A DNA stretch of 64,000 bases from Vicinamibacteria bacterium (GCA_963668695.2 CAXXLQ010000004.1:1920001-1984000), one strand, 5' to 3'; numbered from the stretch's first letter, positions 9,286-23,959 are shown. Numbers and translations: made by a program. Notes: a model not told the origin generated them from the sequence alone.

Positions 9286-10299
9286 ATGCACGCGTCACGC
9301 TGGCTAAATACGGTGGACACCCATACGGAGGGGGAGCCCACCCGGATCATTACCGGCGGGATCGGCCATCTGGCCGGCGAAACAATCTCCGAAAAGCGGG
9401 ATTCCTTCCGTCGCCAGCTGGATCATCTCCGCACCGCGCTGGTCGCGGAACCCCGGGGGCACAAGGACATGTTCGGCTGCGTGTTGACCGAACCGGCGGG
9501 GCCGGATGCCCAGTTCGGCATGTTCTTCATGGACAACGGCGGCTACCTGGACATGTGCGGGCACGCCACCATCGGAGTCTCGACGGTGCTGGTCGAGCTG
9601 GGAATGGCGCCCGGCGAGGGATCCCGCCGCCGCATCCGGCTCGAGACGCCGGCCGGCATGGTGGAATCGGTGGTGCAGGTGAAAGACGGACGCGCAGTGT
9701 CGGTCACCTTCCGCGGCGTGCCTTCCTTCGTAGAGCACCTGGATGCAACGCTTCCCGTACCCGGGATCGGCGAGTTGAAGGTTGACGTCGCATACGGGGG
9801 CAACTGGTTCGTCTACGTGGATGCCGATGCGCTGGGAATCGAAGTGTCGCTGCGCAACATCCGGGAGGTGGTGGACCTCGGGATGCGGGCGCGGGAGGCG
9901 GCGAACCGGCATCTGCCTGTCCGCCATCCCGAGATCCCGGGAAGCGACCACATCAATATCGCCACCGTGCTGGCGCGGGCCGAAGATCCCGCCGCAACGT
10001 ATCGGAACGTGCATGTGTTCGGCCCGGGTCAGTTCGACCGCTCCCCGGGCGGGACGGGAAACTGCGCGCGCCTTGCGGTGCTGCACCGGAAGGGAGCGTT
10101 GGGCCCGGACGCCACGGTGCGAATCGAGAGCGTGACCGGCGGAATGTTCCGCGCGCGGGTCGTCGAAGAAACCGAGGTTGGCGGCCGGAAAGCCATCGTT
10201 CCGGAGATCACCGGTTCCGCGCACATCACCGGGTTCCACCAGTTCCCGCTTGATCCCCATGACCGGCTGGGTCACGGGTTCTCAACCGAGTGGGCGTGA
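9286..10299 (+). CDS. Proline racemase/hydroxyproline epimerase family protein
   Basis: HTEGEPTR, EPRGH, MCGH, DVAYGGN, DRSPGGTG motifs. Confidence 0.92.
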   Translation: MHASRWLNTVDTHTEGEPTRIITGGIGHLAGETISEKRDSFRRQLDHLRTALVAEPRGHKDMFGCVLTEPAGPDAQFGMFFMDNGGYLDMCGHATIGVSTVLVELGMAPGEGSRRRIRLETPAGMVESVVQVKDGRAVSVTFRGVPSFVEHLDATLPVPGIGELKVDVAYGGNWFVYVDADALGIEVSLRNIREVVDLGMRAREAANRHLPVRHPEIPGSDHINIATVLARAEDPAATYRNVHVFGPGQFDRSPGGTGNCARLAVLHRKGALGPDATVRIESVTGGMFRARVVEETEVGGRKAIVPEITGSAHITGFHQFPLDPHDRLGHGFSTEWA

Positions 10300-10394
10300 C
10301 TGCGCGGTCTACTGGCGGCCCGCGTTCTCCCTCGACGTCTTTGTTGTGCCCGATGCCGTAGTTGTCCGGGAACTGATCGAGCCAAAGGACTGAT

Positions 10395-10550
10395 GGCAGC
10401 GAACTCTGTTCGCTGCCCGCGAGTTCGGGGGAAAGTGTGAAAGGGGGGATTCTCCCCTTTCACAAGACGGTAACGACGAATCGGAACTCGCCGCCGTGCG
10501 CCGGAGGCGCGCAAGGGAGTTTCGATTCGCGGCGCGAAGCGCCGGGCGGT
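10395..10550. repeat. Repeat family B (double hairpin)
   Basis: GGCAGCGAAC-tct-GTTCGCTGCC and GTGAAAGGGG..CCCCTTTCAC hairpins; recurs at 14375, 23038, 23431, 29332. Confidence 0.8.
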
Positions 10551-10626
10551 TTCTGGGCGGGGCCAGGGCGATCAGCGCCGATGATCCGGATCTGCTACAA
10601 CTCTTACGGCCCCGCCCAGGAACCGC

Positions 10627-12576
10627 TCACCGAATTAGGAACGCGAGTTCTCCCACCGCAGAGCGGTTCTGGCTGTCGTCGGTGACCCGGATGACTGCCG
10701 TGTAGCGCCCGGCTCGCAGGGCCGCGGTCTGCAGCGACAGCATGATGGGTGTGCCGTCCGGCCGCCGCGGGTCGAGATCCAAACGTCCCGGCCGCTCCGC
10801 TTCCACGGCGATCTCCCCCGCGGCGTTCCGGATCTCGTAGGCAACCCGTACCTGGGCAACCGGATCCTCGCGTCCCGGGAAGATGAAGAAGGCGACGCGT
10901 GCGTCCTCCGCCCGCGAGAAGGCGGCTACCGGCCTCACCGGCGGCCCGGCCGCTTCCGGTCCGTGTTCCTCGCTGACGAACGGGAAGACGCTGGACAGCG
11001 AAAAGGTTTCCCCGAATCCGGTGGGAATGACCAATGCCGATGACCCGGCGTGGATCTGCCTCCCGCCCCGCTCGACGACCAACTCGAGCTGGAGTGCTCC
11101 CGAGGGCAGCTCGGCCGGCGTCGAGATCCAGAAACGCCGGATGTCCACCGGGCCCGACGCCTCGGTCAGCACCGTCCCCCCGGGGCCCACCACCCGTAGC
11201 CGCAGTTCGGCCGGCTCTTCCAGCGACGATTCGGGAAGCGCCGCGGCGAGCACTCCGAAAGCGCCGTGAGGACGGGGATTCAGGAGGTAGGCGTAGGTGT
11301 TCACGTCCTCCGGGAACGCGTACCCATAGTCGCCGCGAGCGGCTGCTTCGATGACCTCGCCACGACGCCGTGCGAAATAGCCGGGCCGGGCGATGACCCG
11401 GAGGTCCGGCCGGTCGCGGACCCGCACCGCGATCTGCCGATACTCGCCGTCCAGTTCCGTCTTGGTGGGAGAGAAGGACAGGAGGTAGTAGAGCTGGTTC
11501 TGGATGCCGATGCGGTTCAGCGCAACCGCGAAGTTCGTCTGGTTCGGGAAGTACGTTCCTCCGGTGGCGATCGCCAGGGACGCGGCGCCGCCTTCGGCGG
11601 GGATGTTGGCCGCGATCTCCATCCGGGTGAGTGGGTGATCGTTGGGCTCGACGGGCAGCGGGTTCCCGAGGACGTCGAAGGCGTTCAGGCTGGGGTTCAG
11701 GATGTTGTTCTCGTTGCCGTACACGCCTGTCAGGTCAACCATGTAGAGGGTGGCGTTCGCGTGATTCAACTGGAGGATCGCCTCCCGGAGACTTCGCGTC
11801 ATGTCAAGCGCCTTCCGCCCGGGGAATTGGTCCACCTCGGTGCCGGCGATCTCGCCGACGAGCTGCCGGGGGTCGGCGAAGGTCTGGAGGTTCATGGAGA
11901 GGAAGACGACGATCTTGCGCCCCTCCACCGACTCGAGCGCGTCCGCGAGCGCAAAGAGCATCTCGTAGGAGTCGCGGGCGTCGATCTCCGGCCCGACGGG
12001 GCTCTGGTAGGTTCCGGGCACGATCCGGCGGATGTTCGCGAGCGTCTGCTCCTTGCCCGAGTAGAACTCCTGGAGCACCCGGACGGTGTGGGCGAACTCC
12101 AGGATCATGGTTTCGTCCCCGTCCACCATGTGCTCGATCACGAACTCCTCGAGCCCGCGCTTGCCGCGCCGGAGGTTCACCGGGTCGGCGCCGCGACGGT
12201 TGAACACGATCACGAACCGGCGGGGAGAAGTGTTGCCCGTGGCGGCGGCCTCCGGATCGGGTAGTGCCAGGGCTTCTTCCGGGACGGACTCTCCCAGTTC
12301 ATAGCGCTGCCAATCCACCACGTCGAGGCTCGCCACCCGCTGGGGCTCCTCATCCTCGAATAGTTCGAAGTCGTCGGCGGTGAGACCTGGGATCGGGTTT
12401 CCGTCGTCGTCGAGCACCAGCACGTCCACGATGACCCGGGTGGCGGCGGCGCGGAACCGGAACGTCTGGCCGGCGGCCAGAGCGGCGATTCCGACCGCCG
12501 AAAGCGCGAGGGCGGTCAGTGCCAAGGCGAGTGGGGTTCGTGAGAAGCGGCGCGGCGGACGGGGATCCTTGAGCAT
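10627..12576 (-). CDS. Acidobacteria-type VWA-domain protein
   Basis: Signal peptide, VIVDVLVLD..G.PI.GLTADDFELFED, GRKIVVFLS, SLAIATGG, YYLLSF, VIARPGY. Confidence 0.85.
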   Translation of the reverse strand: MLKDPRPPRRFSRTPLALALTALALSAVGIAALAAGQTFRFRAAATRVIVDVLVLDDDGNPIPGLTADDFELFEDEEPQRVASLDVVDWQRYELGESVPEEALALPDPEAAATGNTSPRRFVIVFNRRGADPVNLRRGKRGLEEFVIEHMVDGDETMILEFAHTVRVLQEFYSGKEQTLANIRRIVPGTYQSPVGPEIDARDSYEMLFALADALESVEGRKIVVFLSMNLQTFADPRQLVGEIAGTEVDQFPGRKALDMTRSLREAILQLNHANATLYMVDLTGVYGNENNILNPSLNAFDVLGNPLPVEPNDHPLTRMEIAANIPAEGGAASLAIATGGTYFPNQTNFAVALNRIGIQNQLYYLLSFSPTKTELDGEYRQIAVRVRDRPDLRVIARPGYFARRRGEVIEAAARGDYGYAFPEDVNTYAYLLNPRPHGAFGVLAAALPESSLEEPAELRLRVVGPGGTVLTEASGPVDIRRFWISTPAELPSGALQLELVVERGGRQIHAGSSALVIPTGFGETFSLSSVFPFVSEEHGPEAAGPPVRPVAAFSRAEDARVAFFIFPGREDPVAQVRVAYEIRNAAGEIAVEAERPGRLDLDPRRPDGTPIMLSLQTAALRAGRYTAVIRVTDDSQNRSAVGELAFLIR

Positions 12577-12595
12577 GAAGTCCCTTCCCGCGCCC

Positions 12596-13660
12596 TCATT
12601 CCGGGTTTGTTGCCGGCAGTACCGTGCAGTCGCTACACCCCGGAACGCGAACCTGCGGGACACCGGATTGTCTCTCGGCCGCAGCGTCTTCTCCAACAAG
12701 ACTTAGTCGGTACCAGCGTTCGTTCCGGGCCGCGATGCGATCGAGCGGCTTCCGGAACCCTTGGCGCGGGCGAAGTAAGCTGGACAGGATGTCGTCCGCA
12801 CTGCGGGGTGAGACCGCACGCTGACGACCCTCGCGGGTGGTTGAGGAAAAGATGGTTCCATGAACGCCGGCTTCGTCGACGCTCAGCTCGCCGCGGTTCG
12901 CGGTCAGGATCCTCTCCTCGAGTTCCTGCACGCCGGCAAGATGGAGAACGTGAACCGTCGCTTGCGCGGCGCCGAGCCGCTGGGTGATCGGCGCCAGCCC
13001 GGCATCCAGCTGGCCGCGTGGGTCGGAACGGATTCGCGGGAGGTCGGCCTTCCGGATCGTGCCCGGCTGCTCGGCAGTCCACGAAAAGCTGCTGAGGCTG
13101 CCCGAGAACGGGATCACCATTTTCCGCCCGGGAACCTCGACGAGCCGCTCGGCCAGAGCATGGAGCATGAAGGCCGCGTCGGCGGCATCCTGGGCGGCCC
13201 CGACCGGACTCCGGAAACCCATCGGGGTGATGTTGTGGACCTCCGGAAGAGCCTCGCCCGATCCCGTCCGCCACCCGCGGGTGATCCGTGGCACCTCGGC
13301 GAAGTCCACGAAGAGCGCCTCGTCAAGATCCCCGAAGCGAGAAGACACGAACTCCGCGAGACCACGCTGCGCCCGCTTGAGTTGCGCCGGGAGCGCGCCC
13401 CTCCGGTTGAAGACGAAGACGAAGCGGCGCGGCGCGGTTTCGGCCGCAACCATTCGTACCCCGGCGACCGGACGGATGCGGTCGCCGACGATGACCTCGA
13501 AATCGCCTCGGTTCAGTCCGGCGACCGGATTCCCCGCGTGGTCGAGCACCAGGGCGTCCACCATGACTCCGGTGTCTTCGCCCGGAGTGACGGCGGGGGC
13601 GGCCGAAGCGGTGAGCAACACCGCCGCCAGGGAACTGAGCGCCAGCAGTTTCTTCGGCAT
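12596..13660 (-). CDS. Second, shorter VWA-related paralogue (possibly lesioned)
   Basis: GGAGG RBS then MPKKLLALSS signal peptide; VMVDALVLD, RRFVFVFNRRGA, GRKMVI parallel the neighbour; ORF-track N-terminal extension is repeat-derived. Confidence 0.7.
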   Translation of the reverse strand: MPKKLLALSSLAAVLLTASAAPAVTPGEDTGVMVDALVLDHAGNPVAGLNRGDFEVIVGDRIRPVAGVRMVAAETAPRRFVFVFNRRGALPAQLKRAQRGLAEFVSSRFGDLDEALFVDFAEVPRITRGWRTGSGEALPEVHNITPMGFRSPVGAAQDAADAAFMLHALAERLVEVPGRKMVIPFSGSLSSFSWTAEQPGTIRKADLPRIRSDPRGQLDAGLAPITQRLGAAQATVHVLHLAGVQELEERILTANRGELSVDEAGVHGTIFSSTTREGRQRAVSPRSADDILSSLLRPRQGFRKPLDRIAARNERWYRLSLVGEDAAAERQSGVPQVRVPGCSDCTVLPATNPE

Positions 13661-13761
13661 GGGAGGAACCTCCATCCGGATCGTGATGCGAAGAGCACGT
13701 CCAGACCTGGAGTCCGGGCGTAATGCAATGTCACATCCTGCAATTTCGTTGCCAGCACCTG

Positions 13762-14269
13762 GCAGCCTGTGGATAAAGTGGTGTGAGCGCCGAGAGCGGC
13801 CAGTCCTCCCGGTGGGGGCGAGGCCCAGTTCTCCCGGTGGGGGTCCGGCTGACAAGGCGCGCGAGGGAGGAGCCCCCACCGGGAGAACTGGCCCGGGTGT
13901 ATTTCGACCGAAGCGCAACGATGAGTGACGCGAAGCGGCGCGGTGAACAGCCGGTGGTGGAACCCGGGTGAGCGCCGAGGCCGGCGAGGCCCAGTTCTCC
14001 CGGTGGGGCCAGTTCTCCCGGTGGGGGCCCGGCTGGCAAGGCGCGTGAGGGAGGAGCCCCCACCGGGAGAACTGGCCCGGGTGTATTTCGACCGAAACGC
14101 AACGATGAGCGGCGCGCAGCGACGCGGGCAGCCGGGATGGCTCGCCGGCCGAGCCCCCACCGGGAGAACTGGGCCGCGCGGGTTTCATCACAGGCTGTTT
14201 GGCCGGGATGGATCGCCGCTCGAGCCCCCACCGGGAGAACTGGGCCGCGTGACTTTGTCCACAGGCTGC
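13762..14269. mobile_element. Nested MITE: A element (13947-14198) inside another A element
   Basis: Two left ends then two right ends; outer TIR GGATAAAGT/ACTTTGTCC, inner TIR GGTGGAACCC/GGGTTTCATC. Confidence 0.8.
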
Positions 14270-14374
14270 TAGGGCGGAATTGCATGGTGCGGGTTTCCCT
14301 ACGCCGCGGTGCCGGTTCCCACCGGGATAGCCGGGCAGGTGAGAGGCGAATGGCCCAGGGAGAAGAAAACTGAC

Positions 14375-14628
14375 GGCAGCGAACGCTGTTCGCTGCCCGC
14401 GAGATCGGGGGAAAGTGTGAAAGGGGGGCATCCCCGGGGCATCCCCCTTTCACCAGAAGAAAGGATCGATGCATCGCAACTCGCCGCCGCGCTAGCCGAA
14501 CAGCGCGGTGTGATCCAAGCGTACTGATTTGCGCGTTTCGCCCGCCTCCGGCGGGCGATGCCGGTCTGGAGACCGGCGCTCCCAGGCGCGCAAGGGAATT
14601 TCGATGCCCGGCGCGAAGCGCCGGGCGG
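14375..14628. repeat. Repeat family B copy
   Basis: Same two hairpins and GGCGCGCAAGGGA..GGCGCGAAGCGCCGGGCGGT tail. Confidence 0.75.
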
Positions 14629-14704
14629 TCCGGAAGGGGGGCTTGTCTTCCGGAGGCATGGCAGCTCGACGTTATTCCGGCGGAGTGCCCCCCTGCCGGA
14701 CCGC

Positions 14705-17047
14705 TCAGATTCGGAAGAGGTAGTTGAGTTTGACCGAGAGGCTGCGGTTCCGGACGAAGAACAGGTCCGACCACTCGTCGAGTTCGGTATAGACGAGGAA
14801 GAAGTCGGTACCCGGTTTCGGGATCCAGTTGAAACGGATGTTCGAGGCCAGGTCGCCGGTTGCGTTGTTGTACTGGAAAAGACCCAGGAGAATGAGATCG
14901 TTCCGGAAGGCGAGCTGCATCCGGGTGGAGACCAGGTGCGTGTCCAGATCTCCCCCGGGGAGACGAATCCGGTTGTAGGCGTAGTTGCCGCGCAGCCCGA
15001 AGTTCTTGTTGATCCGGTAGTTCGTCCCGACCGTCCAGAGGTCGCGGGTGCCGCCCCAGAAACCGCCGAATTCGTAGCTGGCGCGGATCGAGGCGTAACG
15101 GCGGCGGTAGGTGTTCAGGGAAACCTGGGCCCGCCGGAAGGGATACTCGCCCGCCGGGATCAGCACGCCGCTGATCGAATAGTCGGCGGTGGTCAACTCG
15201 TACTGGTCGGTGAGCTCGAAGGAGATTTGATCCCCGCTCTCGAAGGCGGCGCGGCCGGTCAAAGTGCCGCTCCGTGTCTCCAGCACGTTCTCGAGGTTCA
15301 GGGTGTTGTTCAGGCTCGCCTGCAGGTGAACCTGCCGGAGCCATGAAGAATCGGGACGTGGCGAGACCCGCGCCTGCAGGTAGGTCTTGCGCATGCCGGT
15401 GCGCTGCACGAAACCGATTCCCGGATGGAAGTTCTCGCCGATCTCGATGAACTTCACCGTCCCGCCGAGCAGGTCGTCCTCGTACATCAACCGCCCGCTG
15501 GCGAGACCCGTGCTGCTTTGCCCGGTTTCCTCGAACACCCGGGCCCAGATGCCCTCGAAGCTCCACGCGTCACGGAAGTGCAGGTTGGTATCCAGACCCG
15601 CCACCCGGTTGAACGTCCCGTCGCTGCTCCGGTCGGTGAAGACGGCGCCGATCGAGGAGCGGGAGAACAGGTCGCGGCGCACCCTGGCCACCGCGAGTTG
15701 TTCCCCCGCCGCGTTGTCGGTGGCCGCGGTTGCCATCCCCATGAGGCCCACGGTGTAAGCGCCCTGCCGCCCGGAGAGTCGGCCTCCACCCAAAATGGGG
15801 ACGGCGCGGCCCTCGTCCGAGAGCCCGATACGCCGGGTGAAGACGATGTCGGCGTCCCGGCGCTCGCCGAACTGGAAATTGCTCTGCCCCTCCAGGAAGA
15901 TCTGCCGCTTTTCGGGAAACCGCAACGAGAAACGGGTGAAGTTGATCTGGAGATCGTCCACCTCCTCCTGGGCGAAGTCGGTGTTCCAGGTGAAGTCCGC
16001 GGTGAGTCCCGGGGTGACGCCCCATTTGACGTCGAGGCCGCCGTCGGCCTGTCCCCGATCGCCCGTCCATTCGCCGCCCCCGTTTACCTGACCGAGTGCG
16101 TAGGGCCGGATCTCCAGGTTGCGGCCGGGCTGGATGCCCTCGAGTCCGCGCAACTTGCCGAGCTCTGCGGGGCGATACCAGGTCGAATCATTGGAGACGA
16201 ACGGCCAGTAGACCTCCTCGGTTTTCATGGGGATGTTCCGTTTGAAACCGACGCCGAATACCACCGGCTGACCCGACGGCGGCCTTTCGAAACGGAGTGA
16301 CTTGAACGGAATCTGGACCTCGGCGGTCCAGCCGCCCGGAACCAGTTGTCCCTGAGACGCCCACACCATGTCCCAGTTGAGGTTCCGGGTTTCGGGTCCC
16401 TGCCCGTTCTGGCTCATGTCGAAGAGGATGCCGTTCGCGTTGGTGGCGAGGAAAACGGCGCTGCGCTGGTCGTTGAAGGCGTCCAGCATGATCGCCACCG
16501 CGTCGTCGCTGCCGATGTTCTCGTCCCGGAACATCGTGCGCGGACGGCTCTCCTCGGCGCGCCGCTCCGCGTGGGGCGACGCGTGGCCTTCGTCGGTGTT
16601 CTCGCCCACCGTGCAGAAGAACCCGAAGTAGAGGTTTTCGTCGTCATAGACGACCCGAACGATGGTCTTTTCGGTGGAGGGCAGGCCCTCGTCGGTCTGC
16701 TGCTCGTAGAAGTCACCGATGGGGCGAGCGCGTTCCCAGGCCGCCTCGTCCAGCCAACCGTCCAGCTCGATAGGCTCCCGAATCCGCTCGGCGTGGATTT
16801 CCCAGGTTCTGGCCTTCAGCGCCCGGACCCGTTCCTCCCGGGTCATGCGGACGAGCTCGGCGGCGCTCGGCGAGGTTGCGGGAGGAGCGGGCAACCGCAG
16901 CGTGGCCGATGAGCGGCGCGAGGCGATTCCGCTCTGGAGCTGATCGCCCGGCGTCCGGTCCCGATCGTCCTGGGCGGCGCCCGCTGCCGCCAAGCCGAGC
17001 GCCGCCAATGTGAACGCGGCGACACGCCACCTGTGCACCGTCAACAA
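14705..17047 (-). CDS. DUF5916/CBM9-like domain outer-membrane protein
   Basis: LDGWLDEAAW, WTAEVQIPFKSLRF, NTDFAQEEVD, FPEKRQIFLEG, beta-barrel C-terminus KLNYLFRI; start uncertain. Confidence 0.85.
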   Translation of the reverse strand: MLTVHRWRVAAFTLAALGLAAAGAAQDDRDRTPGDQLQSGIASRRSSATLRLPAPPATSPSAAELVRMTREERVRALKARTWEIHAERIREPIELDGWLDEAAWERARPIGDFYEQQTDEGLPSTEKTIVRVVYDDENLYFGFFCTVGENTDEGHASPHAERRAEESRPRTMFRDENIGSDDAVAIMLDAFNDQRSAVFLATNANGILFDMSQNGQGPETRNLNWDMVWASQGQLVPGGWTAEVQIPFKSLRFERPPSGQPVVFGVGFKRNIPMKTEEVYWPFVSNDSTWYRPAELGKLRGLEGIQPGRNLEIRPYALGQVNGGGEWTGDRGQADGGLDVKWGVTPGLTADFTWNTDFAQEEVDDLQINFTRFSLRFPEKRQIFLEGQSNFQFGERRDADIVFTRRIGLSDEGRAVPILGGGRLSGRQGAYTVGLMGMATAATDNAAGEQLAVARVRRDLFSRSSIGAVFTDRSSDGTFNRVAGLDTNLHFRDAWSFEGIWARVFEETGQSSTGLASGRLMYEDDLLGGTVKFIEIGENFHPGIGFVQRTGMRKTYLQARVSPRPDSSWLRQVHLQASLNNTLNLENVLETRSGTLTGRAAFESGDQISFELTDQYELTTADYSISGVLIPAGEYPFRRAQVSLNTYRRRYASIRASYEFGGFWGGTRDLWTVGTNYRINKNFGLRGNYAYNRIRLPGGDLDTHLVSTRMQLAFRNDLILLGLFQYNNATGDLASNIRFNWIPKPGTDFFLVYTELDEWSDLFFVRNRSLSVKLNYLFRI

Positions 17048-17093
17048 ACGTTCCTCAAGCGGAATTTACCCGTGCAGTCACGCGCCGCACCTG

Positions 17094-17318
17094 AAAGCCT
17101 GCGGACAGAGTTGGCCATCGAGCGCTCGCGGCGCAGAGCGCCGCAGGGGTGGGGTGTGGGGAGGGGTGTCCCCTCCCCGCAGGAAAAGGTGGGGAGAATC
17201 GCGTAGCGATTTTCCCCACCATCCCGTGGGGAAAGCGCCCCGCATCCGAAGAATTCCCACAGACTCCCCGGGTTTCCTCGCCGGGGGTGCAGTGCGGGGT
17301 GCTTTCTCCACGGGCTGC
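17094..17318. mobile_element. MITE-like element, body C
   Basis: End GTGCTTTCTCCACGGGCTGC-TA on a stop codon; interior GGGGTGTGGGGAGGG..CCCTCCCC..GTGGGGAAAGCGCCCCGCA shared with 30984, 50041, 52624. Confidence 0.72.
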
Positions 17319-18345
17319 TAGCCGCTGCTCGCGAACTGGGTGGCTATCTCGGTGAGCCAGGGCTGGATCGCGCGGTAGAGGCGGTTGCGGCAATGGAAGC
17401 GGTACAGGTAGGTCCGGTCGTCCACCAGGTTGTAGATCACCCATTCCAGATAGTCGGCCAACTGGGTCTCTACCGAGTAGAGCACGGCGATCCCGCGGCC
17501 GTCCTCGAGGATGTCGTGGCGGAGCATCCGGTAGCTCTCCCCGAGACTCTCCGCGGCGGCGCTGTAGAAGCCCTCGAGTGTCACTCCCGGTTCGGCGTTG
17601 CTGACCGTGACCTCAAGCGTCGCGTGGACGGTGGTGCCGTCGGCGTCCACCGCCAGCGGGCCGCTGCGGAAGCCCACGAAGAGCGTTTCGCCGGGTTCCC
17701 GGAGGAAGTGGGAACGGGTCCAACTCTGCGGATACCGCAGGGTGAGATCAAAGTCCGGGTCCTCGTACACGTCGAAGTAGTCCGCGGCCTCGATCGAAAA
17801 CCCCTCGTACATGCGGTCGAGGGTGGGTCCGTAGGCAAGGACGCTTCGCGCCTCTCCGGTGGCGAACACTCCGTAGAGGATCCCCTCTCTCTCGATCAAG
17901 AGCAGACGGCCCGCTTGCGGGCGCCGGTCCCATTCGAAGGTCCAGACGAGACCCTCGTTGGCGCCGAGTGGGAATGGCTCTTCGGAAAGCACGATCTGCT
18001 CACCGATGTAGAAGCGGTCAGCGACCTCCCGAAGCGTCTGGTCCGGGGGCGCCGGACCGGCCATTACCTGCACCTGGATCCCGTCCCGCTCGGGAACGTC
18101 CACCGACGGACCGGTGAAGGTCGTCATTCGGTAGCCGCCCTGCTGGTTCGAGGCGGAGGTCCATCCCTGGGGAAGTGGCAGGGACACGGCGATGTCCGGC
18201 ACGTACACGGTGATCAGCCGCGGTTGGCCGGTCTGGCGGCAGGAGAGCGAGAGAGCGATCCCGAGTACGGCGATCAGGCCGGTCGCGACCGCGCCCCGGT
18301 TGCGCAAGCCGGTCCGCAGACGGCGGGATCCGGAGGCAGTGACCA

Positions 18346-18346
<1 letters not shown>
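17318..18346 (-). CDS. Hypothetical lipoprotein, coupled to guaB
   Basis: ATG overlaps guaB stop (TAATG); hydrophobic stretch then LSLSC lipobox; normal protein composition. Confidence 0.7.
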
Positions 18347-22820
<4,474 letters not shown>

Positions 22821-22850
22821 TCGTCGGAGCCGGGTAAACCCGTCAATTTA

Positions 22851-22881
22851 GCAGCCTGTGGGCGAAGTGACGTGAGCGCCG
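22851..22881. repeat. Solo left end of A element
   Basis: TA-GCAGCCTGTGGGCGAAGTGACGTGAGCGCCG nearly identical to 19814 end, then diverges. Confidence 0.65.
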
Positions 22882-23037
22882 TGGCCGGGGCGGAGGGTGG
22901 CGGACAAAGCCGTGCGAGGGAGGACCGGCCGACGTTCTGAGTGTCCACCAACACGTACGGTGGCTCTGTATCCCGACGAATGGTCACTGTCGCGTGTCCC
23001 ACCGGAGATGTCGACTCCCTGAACGAGCGAAAACAAC

Positions 23038-23738
23038 GGCAGCGAACTTTGTTCGCGGCCCGCGTGATCGGGGGGAAAGTGTGAAAGGGGGGCCACCGCC
23101 CCCCTTTCACAAGAAGACAACCAGGAATCGGAACTCGCCGTAGCGCGCCACAGGCGCGCGAGGGAGTTTCGATTCCCGAGCCAGGAGCGGCTGGGAGTCG
23201 GGTCCCCCGACCCCAACCCCTCCTGCTCCGGGGTCTCCGTGCGGCTCTCGCCGCACTTCGGAAGTCCGGCGCGAAGCGCCGGGCGGTTCCCGGACGGGGC
23301 CCCGACACAATCGGAACTGACGTATCAGATCGCCAGCGTTAGTGGCCCCGTGGTAGGTGCGTAGCAGCGGGGAACCTGTCCGCGAGAAAATAACTGATGG
23401 GCTCGAACCCTGTGGGTTCGAGCCCCACGCAGCGGGGGAAAGTGTGAAAGGGGTCCTCCCCTTTCACAAGACGGTAACGACGAATCGAGACTCGCCGCCG
23501 CCAAGTTTTCCCCGGCTAGGTGGCAGGTCTGGAGTCGAGTTCGCGCGGCGGGAGTTTCGATTCCCGAGCCAGGAGCGGCTGGGAGTCGGGTTCCCCGACC
23601 CCAACCCCTCCCGCTCCGGGGTCTCCGTGCGGCTCTCGCCGCACTTCGGAAGCGCGGCGCGAAGCGCCGGGCGGTTCCCGGACGGGGCCCCGACACAATC
23701 GGAACTGACGTATCAGATCGCCAGCGTTAGTGGCCCCG
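23038..23738. repeat. Two tandem family-B copies carrying module D
   Basis: About 190-nt near-identical blocks 23162-23350 and 23550-23738; each preceded by GGGGGAAAGTGTGAAAGGGG hairpin. Confidence 0.8.
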
Positions 23739-23760
23739 TCCGGGAACCGCCCGACGGCCA

Positions 23761-23959
23761 GCGGCTCGCGGACAGAGTGGCGCGAGCGCAGAGAGCGGCG
23801 AGGCGCCCGGCTGACAAGGCGCGCGAGGGAGGAATACCGAGTGTATTTCGACCGAAGCGCAACGATGAGCGCCGCGAAGCGCCAGTTCTCCCGGTGGGGG
23901 GGCGGTTCAGCCGGGATGGATCGCTGGTTGAACGCCGCGCGACTCTGTCTGGGGGCCGC
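23761..23959. mobile_element. Degenerate A element next to the M23 gene stop
   Basis: Intact A core; ends CGGCTCGCGGACAGAGT / ACTCTGTCTGGGGGCCG. Confidence 0.7.

Noticed and set aside
12596-14431. Long N-terminal extensions in the ORF track for the VWA paralogue, TlpA, DAACS symporter and RNase D
   Set aside because: Extensions run through MITEs; downstream starts with an RBS, signal peptide or family-typical N-terminus fit better.
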